Positions 54,204-63,238 of a stretch of 64,000 bases of DNA are shown here, one piece after another. Both the position numbers and the translations under genes were made by a program. The stretch comes from Girardia tigrina (lineage: Eukaryota): the NCBI GenBank assembly GCA_001938485.1, contig MQRK01217099.1, forward strand, positions 7,127 through 71,126, given 5' to 3'. Every line of letters starts with the position of its first letter. Position 1 is the stretch's first letter. The notes under the pieces were generated by a model. It worked only from the letters and a program-made list of their open reading frames with translations, made no database searches and was not told where the DNA came from.

Positions 54204-57200
54204 NNNNNNNNNNNNNNNNNNNNNNNNNNNNNNNNNNNNNNNNNNNNNNNNNNATATATATATATTACTACTCAGGGAGTGTGCACTGAAAAATCTATAA
54301 AAAATTAAAAAAATAAATTTTAAATAAAAAAACTTTAAAAAATAATTAATAATTCATTTAAATAATTATCATGTTTCAAAAAATATCAAGTAAATATTTC
54401 AATTTTATTGGAAAGTGTAATCATTTCTTTTCAGATTAATAATTTCTTAATTTCACATAAAAGTAAACAAATCATGGAACAATCTTATTTCTTTCGTGTT
54501 ATTTTCTCGGAAATTTAAAAATCAATAATAAATTAATATACTCAATTAAGTAACTCTGATATCATAACAAATAAAAAATTGGCTGAAGATTAAAATAATG
54601 AGAAATGATTAAGATAAATCAAATGTACGAGTCTAGTGAATTTTGATCGATGTATCTTTCCTTGTGATAACTTTAAAAGAAAATAAAAGAACAAATATTT
54701 AACAGACTTATTAGTTTTCCACAAAAGTAAAATTCTAAATTAATATGATTATATTACATAACAATAAAAAATTACTAAAACTCATTATAAACATAATGCG
54801 TTGGAGAAAGTCTACTAAAGAAGAAAGATTTATAAATTCACTCAGATGAAGACTATTTGAAATTTTTAGAACTAGCCGAAAATAAAGTTAAAGCTGTGTC
54901 AAGTCAAATGCGCCTGATACAAGAAAGAGTTTGATTTTACGAGCCAAGCATTGGTGAATTGTGCTAGCACCTTGCACAATTTCATATTTTGCATTTATAG
55001 TCCCACAAAAAAGCTAAATAGATTTCGACAATGAGTTTTTTTACAAATCAGGTAGCCTGATAAAAGTTTCAAAAAAAAGTACAACTCATGTTGTGAGTTT
55101 TGAAATACAAACATATTAATTATATGCTCGTTTAGAAATCGCTAAACGTTTAAACGTACTAAAAAACGAAAACGTTTAAACGGTCGTAAAAACGCTAAAC
55201 ATGACCACCTCGAGAAGCGTACCACCGTAACACAGAGATTACGAAATGGGGATCTGATTTTTGGCGGGGATTTAATAATGTTTTTTTAAATATTCATAAA
55301 TTATTAGTGTGAATTTAATAAAGCGTGTTCAGCTGGTGTTCTATTTCTGGTGACATTACATATCAATCTAATCGGAGTAGTAGATTCACCAAACAAAACA
55401 GCATACAAACAAAAAACTTACAGCATTCTGAATTTCCCCTCACAATATAGATGTTAAAAAAGTTTTTTTAATTAAATATTGACATGTAATTCTAAAAATT
55501 TATTGTATTTAAAAAAATAATAAATTAAATTTGAAAATAAGAATTTTAATAAATAAAACATCAGTATTTACAATTCAGTATTTTATGTATAATCAATCTG
55601 GTAGGAAAGAAAACAAGATAAAAATTCCTCAGCAAAAATTGTTTGTTAATTGTTATAGAAATAAAGTTTTGCGTTTTCATGATTTTAAATCTTGATCACG
55701 ATCCCAACAGTAGCAAATTTAACATGCCACTGTCTTCGTACCTCTTTATATTAGGTGTATAACTTAGTTTTTTGGATTTTCTAAGAGATGGTGTAACCTT
55801 TGTAATAAGCATTATTTACAGTTGTACGTACAGATTTTTAAAGTACTGAAATCGAGGTATTACAATTAAGTAGGTCATTGACCTTAAATGCGTCATAAAC
55901 ATGTTTTTAATCACGTTTTAGCATGACAACTTTCATACCAACAAAACAGCATTTGCGGGAAGCACTACTGTTTTGTTTTAATCAAAAGAAAAAAGCTGCA
56001 GACAGTTTTCGGCTTCTTGAAGAAACTTATNNNNNNNNNNNNNNNNNNNNNNNNNNNNNNNNNNNNNNGTATAAACGTTTCAAAAGTGGAGATTTCGACG
56101 TAAGTGACAAAGAGCGTTCCGGTCAACCAAAAAGATTCGAAGATGAAGATTTGGAATCATTACTGAAGGAAGATTCTACTCAAACAGAGAAAGTGCTTAC
56201 AAAACAGTTAAATGTTACTCAAGCAGCCATAAGTAAACATCTACATACTATGAAAATGATTCAAAAAGAACGAAAATGGATACTACATGAATTGAATCAA
56301 GCCAACATTGAAAGTCGATTACTGATATTCAATTCATTGCTTACAAGACAACGAAGATGGTCGTTTTTGCATAATATTGTGACTGGAGATGAAAAATGGA
56401 TTTATTATGTTAACTCTAAACGCAAAAAATCGTGGGTTCATCCCGGCGAACCGTCCACGTCAACAGCAAAAAGAAACATTCATGGAAGCAAGGTTATGTT
56501 GTGGTTTATTTGGTGGGATCAGAAAGGTGTACTGTACTATGAGCTGCTGAATTTGAATGAAAATGTTAATGCAGAACGTTATCAACAACAGTTAATGAAA
56601 TTGAACGATGCATTGAAGGACAAACGTCTTATTCCAGTCAACAAACAGCGCACAGGGATTTTGCTCTATGACAATGCTCGGCCACATGTCGCAAAACAAG
56701 TAAAAAACACGTTGGAAGCACTTAAATGGGAAATTCTACCGCATGCTGCCTATTCACCAGATTGTGCCCCATCAGATTATCATCTGTTCCGATCAATGCA
56801 AAGCGCTCTTCGGGACCAGTACTTCAGAAACCAGGAACATATAAAAAATGGCTGGAACAATGGATCGCATCAAAAGACCAAGACTTTTTTTTCGATGGAA
56901 TTCATAATATGTCTGAAAGATGGTCGAAAGTCATAATTAACGATGGAAAATATTTTGATTAGAATAAAACTTTAAAAATAATAATAAGTTTTTTGACATA
57001 ATAAGTTTTATTCTAATCAAAATATTTTCCATCGTTAATTATGACTTTCGACCATCTTTCAGACAAATTATGAATTCCATCGAAAAAAAAGTCTTTCTAA
57101 AACTATAAATTTTATTTTATAGAAATTTTTTTATGAAATTCTATTTGGAATCAATTTAAATGTTTTGTTCTGATTTTAAAGAAAAATTTTAATCAACAGA

Positions 57201-58729
57201 CAACAATTTATCAATATGCACGATTCTGCAATGTATTTGAAATATTTTTATACATTTAGTAAATATTTGTGCAGTATTACTTATCTGTTCTGCAAAAAAA
57301 TCCAAAAAACTAAGTTATACGCCTAATAGTTCTGGAATTGTGCGTAGAGGAGTGCCATTTTAATTCTCTTCTCAAGAGTGCGTCGTGTCGGACTATTTAT
57401 CTGGAAAAAAATGAGAATAGTCAGTGTTAAAACGTAATTACGAATTTCAGCGAAATAAAATACATTTCCGGGGATAGATTAAAACAAACATCCTCCCATT
57501 ACTTTTGGAACACCCAATATATAAAAATCACAGTCAAATTTTAAATCGTTCGAAAAATGCATTTCAAAGTTGTAAATAAATTTAATATTTTTTAAAAATA
57601 AATAAAATTCATTTTAATTTTAACCAATAAAATTTATAAAAATTTTTTTTAGTATTCTAGTAAAAAATCATGATAATTTGAAATTATAAATAATAATCAA
57701 TTGAATAATGCAAACCTACGCAAGTTTTGGTTATAATTGTTCTGATGACAAATCGACTTGTAATAATAATAGTGTCGAAAATCATATTAATGTTCTTAAT
57801 AATTATTATTTAATTAATTGAAATGAACCCCGCACAATCCTAACAAAGATAAGAACATGGAAACTTTTATTATGGCATTAACTTCCTGACACATTTGCGT
57901 TGTTTATATATTGTCTTACAAAATAAAGGAGGATAAAAGGAACATGCAATAAAATGGATGTGGTTCAAAATGATATTAAAATCGGGCCAGACAATCACAG
58001 GAGAGCTATAAGGCATTAATTGATACGTTTGAAGCAAGCAATAGCCGAAAAACGGCCAGAATGGGCGACCAGACACGAGAAATTGATTTCCCATCATGAC
58101 AATGCTCGTCCACATGTTGCAGTACCGGTCAAAAATTATTTGGAAAATGCCGGATGGGAAATTCTACCTCACCCGCCTTATAGCCCAGACAGCTCCTTCT
58201 GATTACCACTTGTTTCGGTCGATGCAGAATCACCTTTCTGGAATACGGTTCACCAATGTTGAAGGTATTAAAAAATGGCTTGATGACTTTCTCGGTGCAA
58301 AAGATGAGAAGTTTTTTTGGGATGGAATCCATAAATTGCCTGACAGATGGGAAAAAGCTGTCGCTTCCGATGGACAATATTTTGAATAAAATATTTTTTC
58401 ACTTTTATACTTAAATAAATGGTTTTTTTAACAAAAAATACGAAATTAATTAGTTGTATACCCAATACATTTTCGTATTTTTTAGAACTTGACATTAAGA
58501 GGTTAAAATCGAACATTAATATATGAAAAGCAAATTTGTATTGAAATATCTTACAAACCAAATCCTTGTTTTCCAGGTTTTCGGGCCAATAATGTCATTT
58601 ATCCATCCTTGGTAAGTTAATAATTTTTTTAATAATTGTCGTCTAACAAAACTTAAAGTTATCCATGTACCCATTGAAAAAATAAACGCAGCTACTAGAT
58701 GATCACGAGGAGATTCTAAATGAAGATGT
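9003..58729 (-). CDS. CPT1: Carnitine O-palmitoyltransferase 1-like gene, 14 coding exons, 5' end outside window. Exons: 58729-58555, 51987-51886, 51838-51701, 42546-42146, 38903-38747, 31389-31234, 28714-28689, 23019-22948, 22901-22817, 22773-22609, 17567-17433, 17370-17147, 14020-13885, 9068-9003
   Basis: Manual splicing at GT..AG boundaries with consistent phases gives one uninterrupted frame. It contains [91 protein letters not shown] and [16 protein letters not shown], all hallmark choline/carnitine acyltransferase (CPT1-type) motifs. Confidence 0.95.
9680..10620 (+). mobile_element. Ty3/Gypsy integrase, polypurine tract and start of 3' LTR (TG at 10530)
   Basis: C..C zinc motif, [32 protein letters not shown]; PPT gagggga then TGTGAGG. 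Confidence 0.9.
11700..12780 (+). mobile_element. Highly degenerate mariner-like element
   Basis: HTH remnant ([17 protein letters not shown]), many stops, mariner-like right end aaaacttttgtgacaacctagta. Confidence 0.5.
13450..13790 (-). mobile_element. Possible degenerate non-LTR RT fragment
   Basis: Minus-strand [14 protein letters not shown] resembles the LINE GFR.GRSTIDQIFTLR motif; heavily disrupted. Confidence 0.35.
13885..14020 (-). CDS. CPT1: CPT1 penultimate exon
   Basis: [39 protein letters not shown]; cag acceptor, gtaat donor. Confidence 0.96.
14121..14688 (+). mobile_element. Non-autonomous Helitron (family copy 1)
   Basis: 3' hairpin cgccagacgtggcg followed by ...ccCTAG|t; both ends shared with the inverted copy at 41034-41358. 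Confidence 0.7.
14340..14548 (-). mobile_element. Short GC-richer retroposed insertion with 19-bp target-site duplication
   Basis: taataaccttatcaactaa at 14340-14358 and 14530-14548; T-tract near the left end. Confidence 0.65.
15352..16360 (-). mobile_element. mariner element, core hidden by Ns
   Basis: N-terminal [22 protein letters not shown]-terminal [16 protein letters not shown]; TIR tattagggtggagtcataagtt. Confidence 0.85.
17147..17567 (-). CDS. CPT1: Two CPT1 exons (17567-17433, 17370-17147) with a 62-nt intron
   Basis: [21 protein letters not shown]; [12 protein letters not shown]; WKLSTSQTP. Confidence 0.95.
18068..19672. mobile_element. TA-flanked MITE hosting a nested mariner
   Basis: Imperfect TIRs CACCAAAGCCCCGCTATGC / GCAAAGCGGGGCCTTGGCG, with TA on each side. 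Confidence 0.6.
18286..19556 (+). mobile_element. Full-length defective mariner (mellifera-like)
   Basis: ~30-bp TIRs, TA TSD; transposase from ATG 18465 ([10 protein letters not shown]) to 19479 with stops and frameshifts; HDNAR and YSPDLAPSD motifs. Confidence 0.93.
19770..20195 (-). mobile_element. Gypsy integrase C-terminus, PPT and LTR start (same family as 9680-10620)
   Basis: Reverse complement matches ...[13 protein letters not shown], the PPT, TGTGAGG (19876) and the LTR motif cccagatgg. Confidence 0.85.
20196..21150 (-). mobile_element. piggyBac transposase fragment interrupted by a Tc1 element
   Basis: MDN(F)[10 protein letters not shown]...LTLVGTM | [34 protein letters not shown] motifs across frameshifts. 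Confidence 0.8.
20524..20933 (-). mobile_element. Internally deleted Tc1 element
   Basis: TIRs cAGGTGCAAAA(T/G)TTTGTGAACGCTTGTT at both ends, TA flanks; retains only the transposase C-terminus (...[11 protein letters not shown]). Confidence 0.8.
21200..21360 (+). mobile_element. Chapaev3-like transposase C-terminal remnant
   Basis: [38 protein letters not shown] resembles the HSHLDFFPENLGAVSDEHGERFHQDI motif; superfamily label is from memory. Confidence 0.55.
22609..23019 (-). CDS. CPT1: Three CPT1 exons (23019-22948, 22901-22817, 22773-22609) with 46- and 43-nt introns
   Basis: [12 protein letters not shown]...; YTPDGHC...PERLKW; ...[27 protein letters not shown]. Confidence 0.93.
23245..24582 (+). 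mobile_element. Full-length defective mariner-like element (divergent subfamily)
   Basis: TIR aaagttttttccgttactc / gagtaacggaaaaaacttt; [31 protein letters not shown]. Confidence 0.85.
25838..25970 (+). mobile_element. LTR-retrotransposon gag N-terminal fragment
   Basis: [22 protein letters not shown] resembles the gag P..F.G..D..EF...C.R.F pattern. Confidence 0.45.
26542..26919 (-). mobile_element. 5'-truncated Penelope-like element (GIY-YIG end) with 13-bp flanking duplication
   Basis: [19 protein letters not shown]; taatttaaaaaat at 26529 and 26920; the homologous copy at ~35340 lacks the insertion. Confidence 0.85.
26573..26617 (-). ncRNA. Minimal type I hammerhead ribozyme motif
   Basis: tttagt-CTGAAGA-t-ggcgg(gtaat)ccgcc-GAAA-ttaa-TT-acgaaa; palindromic stem III AUUAAU. 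Confidence 0.65.
27650..27886. mobile_element. piggyBac-like right end
   Basis: Subterminal palindromes ggggtca..tgacccc (two copies); terminus ...AAGGG|TTAA. Confidence 0.6.
28286..28523 (-). mobile_element. Short non-autonomous Helitron with internal fold-back
   Basis: Minus-strand 3' hairpin ccgtcatacatgacgg followed by CTAG|t; 5' tatattataaaagcccaagtcactcact. Confidence 0.65.
28689..28714 (-). CDS. CPT1: CPT1 26-nt microexon encoding AGFNAEHS(W), containing the catalytic His
   Basis: tttctttgtag|GCA GGA TTC AAT GCT GAA CAC TCG TG|gtatgt; exactly fills the gap between ...KNGR and (W)ADAPIVGH with the correct phase. Confidence 0.93.
29324..29965 (-). mobile_element. Tc1 (DD34E) 3' half
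   Basis: MIWGCIS, QD-34aa-E (SPDMNPIE), KGSTTSY*; TIR TA-caactggggcac. Confidence 0.88.
29972..31155 (+). mobile_element. Penelope-like element (RT C-terminus, N-filled core, 3' pLTR)
   Basis: [26 protein letters not shown]; 3' end homologous to the 43530 and 63235 copies. Confidence 0.88.
31043..31084 (+). ncRNA. Minimal hammerhead ribozyme motif (antisense to CPT1)
   Basis: attg-CTGATGA-t-gattttt(tt)aaaaatc-GAAA-cgtg-TC-caat. Confidence 0.65.
31234..31389 (-). CDS. CPT1: CPT1 exon (AAFILVLDE...[22 protein letters not shown])
   Basis: Carnitine acyltransferase RWFDKS signature; 156 nt; canonical splice sites. Confidence 0.95.
31480..31970 (-). mobile_element. Degenerate MULE transposase fragment
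   Basis: [42 protein letters not shown]. Confidence 0.6.
32524..34115 (-). mobile_element. pogo-superfamily DD35D (POGK/Passer-like) element, frameshifted and partly deleted
   Basis: TIR CCGTAA.T....ACTATAAG; Brinker-like DBD (33676-33894), CENP-B HTH (33433-33666), DDE_1 with D-35aa-D (32657-33382). Confidence 0.9.
34207..34619. mobile_element. MITE with ~55-bp imperfect TIRs
   Basis: taactagtaaatcaaaaa...ggcagaactctac / gtagagttctgcc...tttttgatttactagtta. Confidence 0.7.
34690..35940 (-). repeat. Interspersed repeat containing copy 2 (34806-35773) of the ~1 kb repeat; outer parts match the hAT-interrupted copy at 59660-59701/63053-63205
   Basis: Shared agatcttttttat..taata.tgtt.aggaactcc and aaaatgagtaa...ataggtttct motifs. 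Confidence 0.75.
35955..37607 (+). mobile_element. Tc1/mariner DD41D (rosa/Visitor-like) element with ~125-bp TIRs, inserted in (TA)n
   Basis: Near-identical long TIRs CAGGGTGCCCATAAAGTCAC...; VWCG, GPYFF, GAPPH...[10 protein letters not shown]; second catalytic D codon appears deleted. Confidence 0.9.
37715..38598 (+). mobile_element. Degenerate mariner (irritans-like)
   Basis: KKLCSRFVP remnant; right TIR ggccgggtactaattgaacgcaccacg-TA. Confidence 0.7.
38747..38903 (-). CDS. CPT1: CPT1 exon ([34 protein letters not shown])
   Basis: Conserved LTAGER...W motif; phase matches both neighbouring exons. Confidence 0.92.
39008..40169 (-). mobile_element. Internally deleted Tigger/pogo element
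   Basis: TIRs CAGTAGAACCTC...GTCACACTC; pipsqueak-like HTH ORF 39664-39852. Confidence 0.75.
41034..41358 (-). mobile_element. Non-autonomous Helitron (family copy 2)
   Basis: Ends match 14121-14688; hairpin ttcgccagaccaggcgaa plus CTAG. Confidence 0.7.
41360..41950 (-). mobile_element. Helitron-like repeat with ~130-bp internal direct repeat
   Basis: Direct repeat 41362-41490 / 41707-41830; minus-strand start tatatataat...gtgtgtttgtttgtc. Confidence 0.4.
42146..42546 (-). CDS. CPT1: CPT1 exon ([11 protein letters not shown]...TTRIP...HKGRFF)
   Basis: Coincides with ORF 42142..42546; tttag acceptor, gtaag donor, phase 2. Confidence 0.96.
42650..43510 (+). mobile_element. Degenerate MULE with terminal ~15-bp GGTTTG(A/T)CC repeat array
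   Basis: [31 protein letters not shown]; repeats at 43409-43510. Confidence 0.7.
43564..43607 (-). ncRNA. Minimal type I hammerhead ribozyme motif in a Penelope pLTR (sense to CPT1)
   Basis: tattg-CTGATGA-t-gatg(tatgtaag)catc-GAAA-catg-TC-caata; GUC cleavage triplet; palindromic ACAUGU. Confidence 0.75.
44280..45381 (+). mobile_element. hAT (ZMYM1/Tip100-like) 3' fragment
   Basis: Dimerisation motif FPNI..LL.IFLT...[23 protein letters not shown]; terminus ...gctacaccactg. Confidence 0.82.
45399..48385 (+). mobile_element. Internally deleted Ty3/Gypsy LTR retrotransposon, both LTRs present (45399-45664; 48122-48385)
   Basis: ~265-bp highly similar LTRs; PBS TGGTATCAGA at 45668; PPT tggggg; flanks ttcat/tccat; gag (CYYHRKFG), protease (FLVDT..., PILGADF); pol mostly deleted. 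Confidence 0.92.
48418..50160 (+). mobile_element. Tigger (TIGD4/6-like) pogo element, defective
   Basis: TA-CAG..GACTCCGGATAACCCG left end; [38 protein letters not shown]. Confidence 0.88.
50465..51586 (+). mobile_element. rosa/Visitor-like Tc1-mariner element with catalytic-core deletion
   Basis: TIR CAGTGCGTTCA.AAAGT.ACT.TGCAC, TA TSD; KFRETGSV...RSGRP, LYPYR, DFYLWG. Confidence 0.85.
51701..51987 (-). CDS. CPT1: Two CPT1 exons (51987-51886; 51838-51701) split by a 47-nt intron
   Basis: [34 protein letters not shown] | YLISIKPL...YLISSNY; canonical splice sites, both phase 0. Confidence 0.93.
52270..53560 (+). mobile_element. Gypsy pol fragment (RNase H plus integrase), second family
   Basis: [51 protein letters not shown]. 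Confidence 0.85.
55751..57326 (+). mobile_element. Near-intact mariner (mauritiana/Mos1-like, DD34D)
   Basis: ~30-bp TIRs, TA TSD; ORF 55923-56962 with one visible late frameshift; [29 protein letters not shown]. Confidence 0.95.
57975..58465 (+). mobile_element. mariner 3' half
   Basis: [15 protein letters not shown](fs)[14 protein letters not shown]; right TIR. Confidence 0.9.
58555..58729 (-). CDS. CPT1: CPT1 exon (TM2 region, ...LLTYQGWI...KTRIWF)
   Basis: ttttag acceptor, gtaag donor; 175 nt; resembles the CPT1 LLSYHGWM...KIW segment; not in the ORF track. Confidence 0.85.
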
Positions 58730-58869
58730 CTAAAATATGGTAAATAATAACAATAAGTAGTAAATACTAAAATAATGTTAAACGTAAAATATTAGAAATA
58801 ATTAAAAAAGAATAACTTAAATATCAATTACTAATTACGTTCATTGTGATTTTCAATGTGTTTTATTAC

Positions 58870-59508
58870 ATAGGCTTTTTTAAAGTATAAACATTTTCAT
58901 GAATGTGCTAAAAGCCATATTCAATCTTGGTGGCCCAAAGGATCTCAACAAGATACCTAAACTTTTCTGGATAAAATAATTGCAGTAAGGATTTTTTATA
59001 TCAACTTGATAATTCTATACGAACAACTATTCTGGAGAATAGAAACCAAATATATCCAATTTAATTATCCATAATAACATTTTGTGGTATGAATTACATA
59101 GCTCTGAGAGAAAAAGAAAGTGATATGAGAAATGTGCGAGATTTGTTTTCTTTTCGAATAAAAGCCAGTGATAAAGCATTAAAAACACATTTTATATACA
59201 GCTCTTCGTAACGCACGTTATACTTCCTATATGACACAAAATAAACTAATTAATATATGCGATGGTGCAGCTTGATGTAATTGCTTGAAAGATTTTACAA
59301 GTTAAAAAATTGTGTTAAAAATCATTTTTAGATCTCAATATAAACGATTCAGTTAAGGTGAATGAGTTTTGTGAGTTTCAAACAGTCGATTCTGAATTAT
59401 GACACCTAGTATAATGGTATTTAAGTTTTCAAATGATTCCCAGGGGACAACAATTTTCACTCCCGAAATCCAGGGATTGAATTTTTCCGGTATTATTGCA
59501 GTTCCTAT
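58870..59508 (+). mobile_element. Degenerate hAT remnant
   Basis: RNARYTSYMTQNKLINIC resembles the DUF4371 NA.YTS..IQNELI motif; hAT-like end ...ttgcagttccta. Confidence 0.45.
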
Positions 59509-59701
59509 GTGTACGTCATATTAATGGCAATATGAGTCACTATGATTAATTGAATTTAATCAATTTAAATAATATTTATTTCACGTTTTGGATATTTTTA
59601 TATTTTGTATGATTAGTAAAAATATATATTATATTAGTATAACCTACTTATAATTTATAAGTAGATCTTTTTTATGCTAATATTGTTCAGGAACTCCGAT
59701 G

Positions 59702-62700
59702 TAAAGATGGGTGTTCATCCGTAAAAGTCTCTCAACCCGACCCGAATTTTCATGAGTCAAACCGGAACCCAACCCGACCCGACTGTATTGCGTCAACAAT
59801 TAACTGAACTGGTTTTAAAGTTTCTTTTATGTATTGAAGTGCGGATGAATGTTGTTCAGAGGTCAGAAAAGTAGACGAATTATTAGCCCCACGATCCAGA
59901 AAAACAACAGCGAAATGAATAAAAAAACTCCACCAACCATTTATCACGAATAGCAAAACATACTTCTCGCTTTCCTGTATTGAATGAAACTCGCTGGCTT
60001 TTTTGAGAGCACAAATGCTGCAGCCGCCTTATCCAATAAGGAACATGGTGGATTGTTGGACTTCTATCACTCTCCAAATCATTTGAGGCTCGACGAAATT
60101 CTGTCAGAAAGCTAATCAAATCATCCAATAGACACTTATTGATGCCGTTCAGGAGAACTTCATTGCCACTGTTGATTATTTTTACCGGCAGTTCGTCCTA
60201 TGTGGATTCTACGCTTTCCAACATTACAGGATCACTATTTCAAAGCACAACAACCCTTTATTGCAATATCTTTCATAAATATCGATTGAAACCAGAACGC
60301 TTGACGTATTGAACCACACCTGTAATACCTTTCACAGGATCTGGAATCAGCATGCAAAATTACAATAAAGAAATTGAATATAGAATAGTGGGAGTTTACC
60401 TCGGTAGCTTCGTCACTATTTAAGATATTCCCAACCACTAGATTAATGCAATGAAAACTAGATGAAACTTGTCGAGGAAGAATATTTTTATTGGATCAGT
60501 TATCAGTAACAACCATGTGAAAGGGTAGATGTTTATCAAAAATCGTGTCATCCTACCAAGTATAAAAATTTTGTTTACTTTTGAGGTTTTTTTGTTTACT
60601 TTTTTTGTTTACTTATAAGGCAAAAGATGTGTTGTGTAAAATACTTTTCTCATAACTGTGAGGAATATTTTGAATGTTGATGTTTTGTGTTTGAATGTTG
60701 ATGTTTTGTATTTGAATGTTGATTTGAAATTGTGGAATAATTGTAAAATTTTAAATAAGTTAATAAATTTTATTTACAATTTTTAATAAATACATCGATA
60801 TGTTGGGGTCTTGTGTAAAAAAAAAGAAAGTTTTTATTAATTGTATATATAAATATATACCATACGGTTGTGTAAAATTGTGCCGTACGGCAGTCGGTGA
60901 TAGCTCTGTAGTAGTTGGAATAATATTATTAAAATATATATAAAAAAACGAATTTAATTCTTATTTGAAGTTTGGGGCTCCTCTTTCGATCATTCCTGGG
61001 AATGAGAGATTATTACATCTCATTCCCCGGAATGGTGTCGAATTTTGGGGGCCTGTATTGTTGCCTGAAAATCAGAAAATGAATTATAATATATATATAT
61101 AAAAAAAATAATAGATGTTTCGGGATCCACTTTCGATCATTCCTGGGAATGAGGAACAACCGCCTCATTCCCGGATTGATGTCGAGTTTGGGATCCCAAG
61201 TTTTGAGAAAAATATATTTGTAAAATTGAAATAAAAAAAATAAATATAAAAAAATAATACTCTTACCAGAATTTTTTTGAGGAAAAAGTGAAAATTTTTG
61301 GGAAATATTCCCTTTTTAAAAAATGTATTCCTTTTTTTAAAAAAGAAAAACGAATCAAAATTGGCCATTAGGCCATTCACTGGAATAGAATTTTGTGCGG
61401 CCTGAATGGCCTGATCAGATTAATTTACGGCCTAATGGCCTTTCGAAATTTNNNNNNNNNNNNNNNNNNNNNNNNNNNNNNNNNNNNNNNNNNNNNNNNN
61501 NGATTAGATTTTTATCGGCCTAATGGCCTGTCAAAAATATACGGCCTAATGGCCTAATTGATGTATTGGCCTTAATGGCCTGATAATTTAAAAAAAAATT
61601 AAATAAATATATTTATATATTATAATTAAAATATATATTTATATTTGTTTAGCTCTAGTATAAATAGAGCAATAATTTTTAAAAAAAGGCTACAAAAATA
61701 AAAAGCAAAAATTTTATATTAGATTCCTGTATAGGATCCAAAATTATTTTTATTTAATTTAAAAACTGTATAGCACATTATATTCTCGCCTCCAATCATT
61801 CAAGAGTTGTACAATCCTTTGCTCAAGATTGTAATTGTATATTGAAATAAACGATTATTGAAAAGTTTTTGTTATTCACTGGAGTCAAAGAGTTCATTGG
61901 GATTAAACGTTGGGTCAGTTAATTGAGCGCCAAACACCAAACAAATCCTTCTGATTTTGTGTTCAAATTCAATTAAAATTAAATACCCAACAGATATAAT
62001 ATTTTTTTTATAATTATTAGTAATTTTAATTTTTATCCAATAAGTTCTGAGTAAGTATTTTAATCAATTATTTATTTCTCCATTTGCTAAAAAATAAGAA
62101 GAATGAAGTCAATCAATTTAGTTAGAATGCACTAGTACGAAAGTTTTGACTAAGATTGTCTTCAGAACAATCAAACATGTTGTGTTAATAAAAATATGAA
62201 TATTCAAATTGGTGTTCTTAATAATAACAAAATCTTGTCAAATGTACAAGCATGACAGAGACGCGTATGGCCTGGTAAATAATGTAAATTAGGTAAACAT
62301 AGAACTTTTTCATTCACTCATCGAAGGCTGAATTACTTATTGTCCAGTAAAAGTCTCTGTCCATACATCTAATGTTTGAGCCTACCACCAAGCACATTAA
62401 TCTCAATCTCGACCTGAGATTTTTCTGCAAATTCGTTCGATCCCCTAAAAGGCTCTTTACATTAAGCCTTTCCATACCTTCCAAACCTTTCTTTGTACAT
62501 TGAACCCAAATAGTTTTTCTGCAAATTCGTTCGATCCCCTAAAATGCTCTTTGCATCAAGCCTTCCATACTGAGCCGCTACGTCGATAAGAGCTATTTAT
62601 ACATAACATTTGCATGTTAAAGATTATTCTAAAAATTTACATTGAGCATAATGCAAATAACCCATGGCTTAAAATGTGGACAGCGGTCTCATACCTTTGA

Positions 62701-63052
62701 CAGTAAAATTAACTGCACTTTTATTAACTTCAGTAATACCTTTTGTGGTATTTGCCTTGTACAAGTAATTTCCTTGGTGAAATTCAAAATGGACGTTTGA
62801 GATTTTGTCAATAAACAGGTAACATGCTTTTTTATAAATTCATCAGAATATTTAAACAAAAATATATTGAATAAATAAAATATTTTATTTTAAAATGATG
62901 TCTTAATTTTTAAACAGGAAAATCTTGGTTTTGTAACATTGTGATAAATCGGATATTTGTCAACGAGAACCCAACCCGATTTTCTAAACTGTAACCGGAA
63001 CCCGACCCGACACGATCCCGGGTCAGTTTCGGGTCACAATCGCCCATCTCTA
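59702..63052 (-). mobile_element. hAT (hobo/Hermes-like) element with 8-bp TSD; transposase split by a nested ~1.6 kb insertion
   Basis: TSD CTCCGATG at 59694-59701 and 63053-63060; TIR TA(A/G)AGATGGG; ACCCGA subterminal repeats; KGMRPLS/LIDVAAQYG/LDVWTE (62200-62830) and VTDN, FLTEFRRASNDLE...PTI (59800-60540). Confidence 0.88.
61361..61585. repeat. GGCCTAATGGCC minisatellite
   Basis: More than 10 GGCCT(A/G)AT units around an N gap. Confidence 0.75.
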
Positions 63053-63201
63053 CTCCGATGGGACAGTTTTGTTCCAATTTTGAGACCTTAAAAAGTTTTA
63101 TTTAAATCATTTTTTATCATCGAAAATGAGTAATTGTGCAAAGCTTGGAGAAAATTAATTGAGAAAAAAGCCTTCAAAAAATAGGTTTCTGAATTCCATG
63201 G

Positions 63202-63232
<31 letters not shown>

Positions 63233-63238
<6 letters not shown>

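Noticed and set aside
54480-54690. Possible extra CPT1 exon
   Set aside because: Stops in all three minus frames after the candidate acceptor, and the flanking exons already join in phase with no missing motif.
61780-61965. Candidate upstream CPT1 exon
   Set aside because: No resemblance to the CPT1 N-terminus or TM1, stops in every frame, and it lies inside the hAT element.
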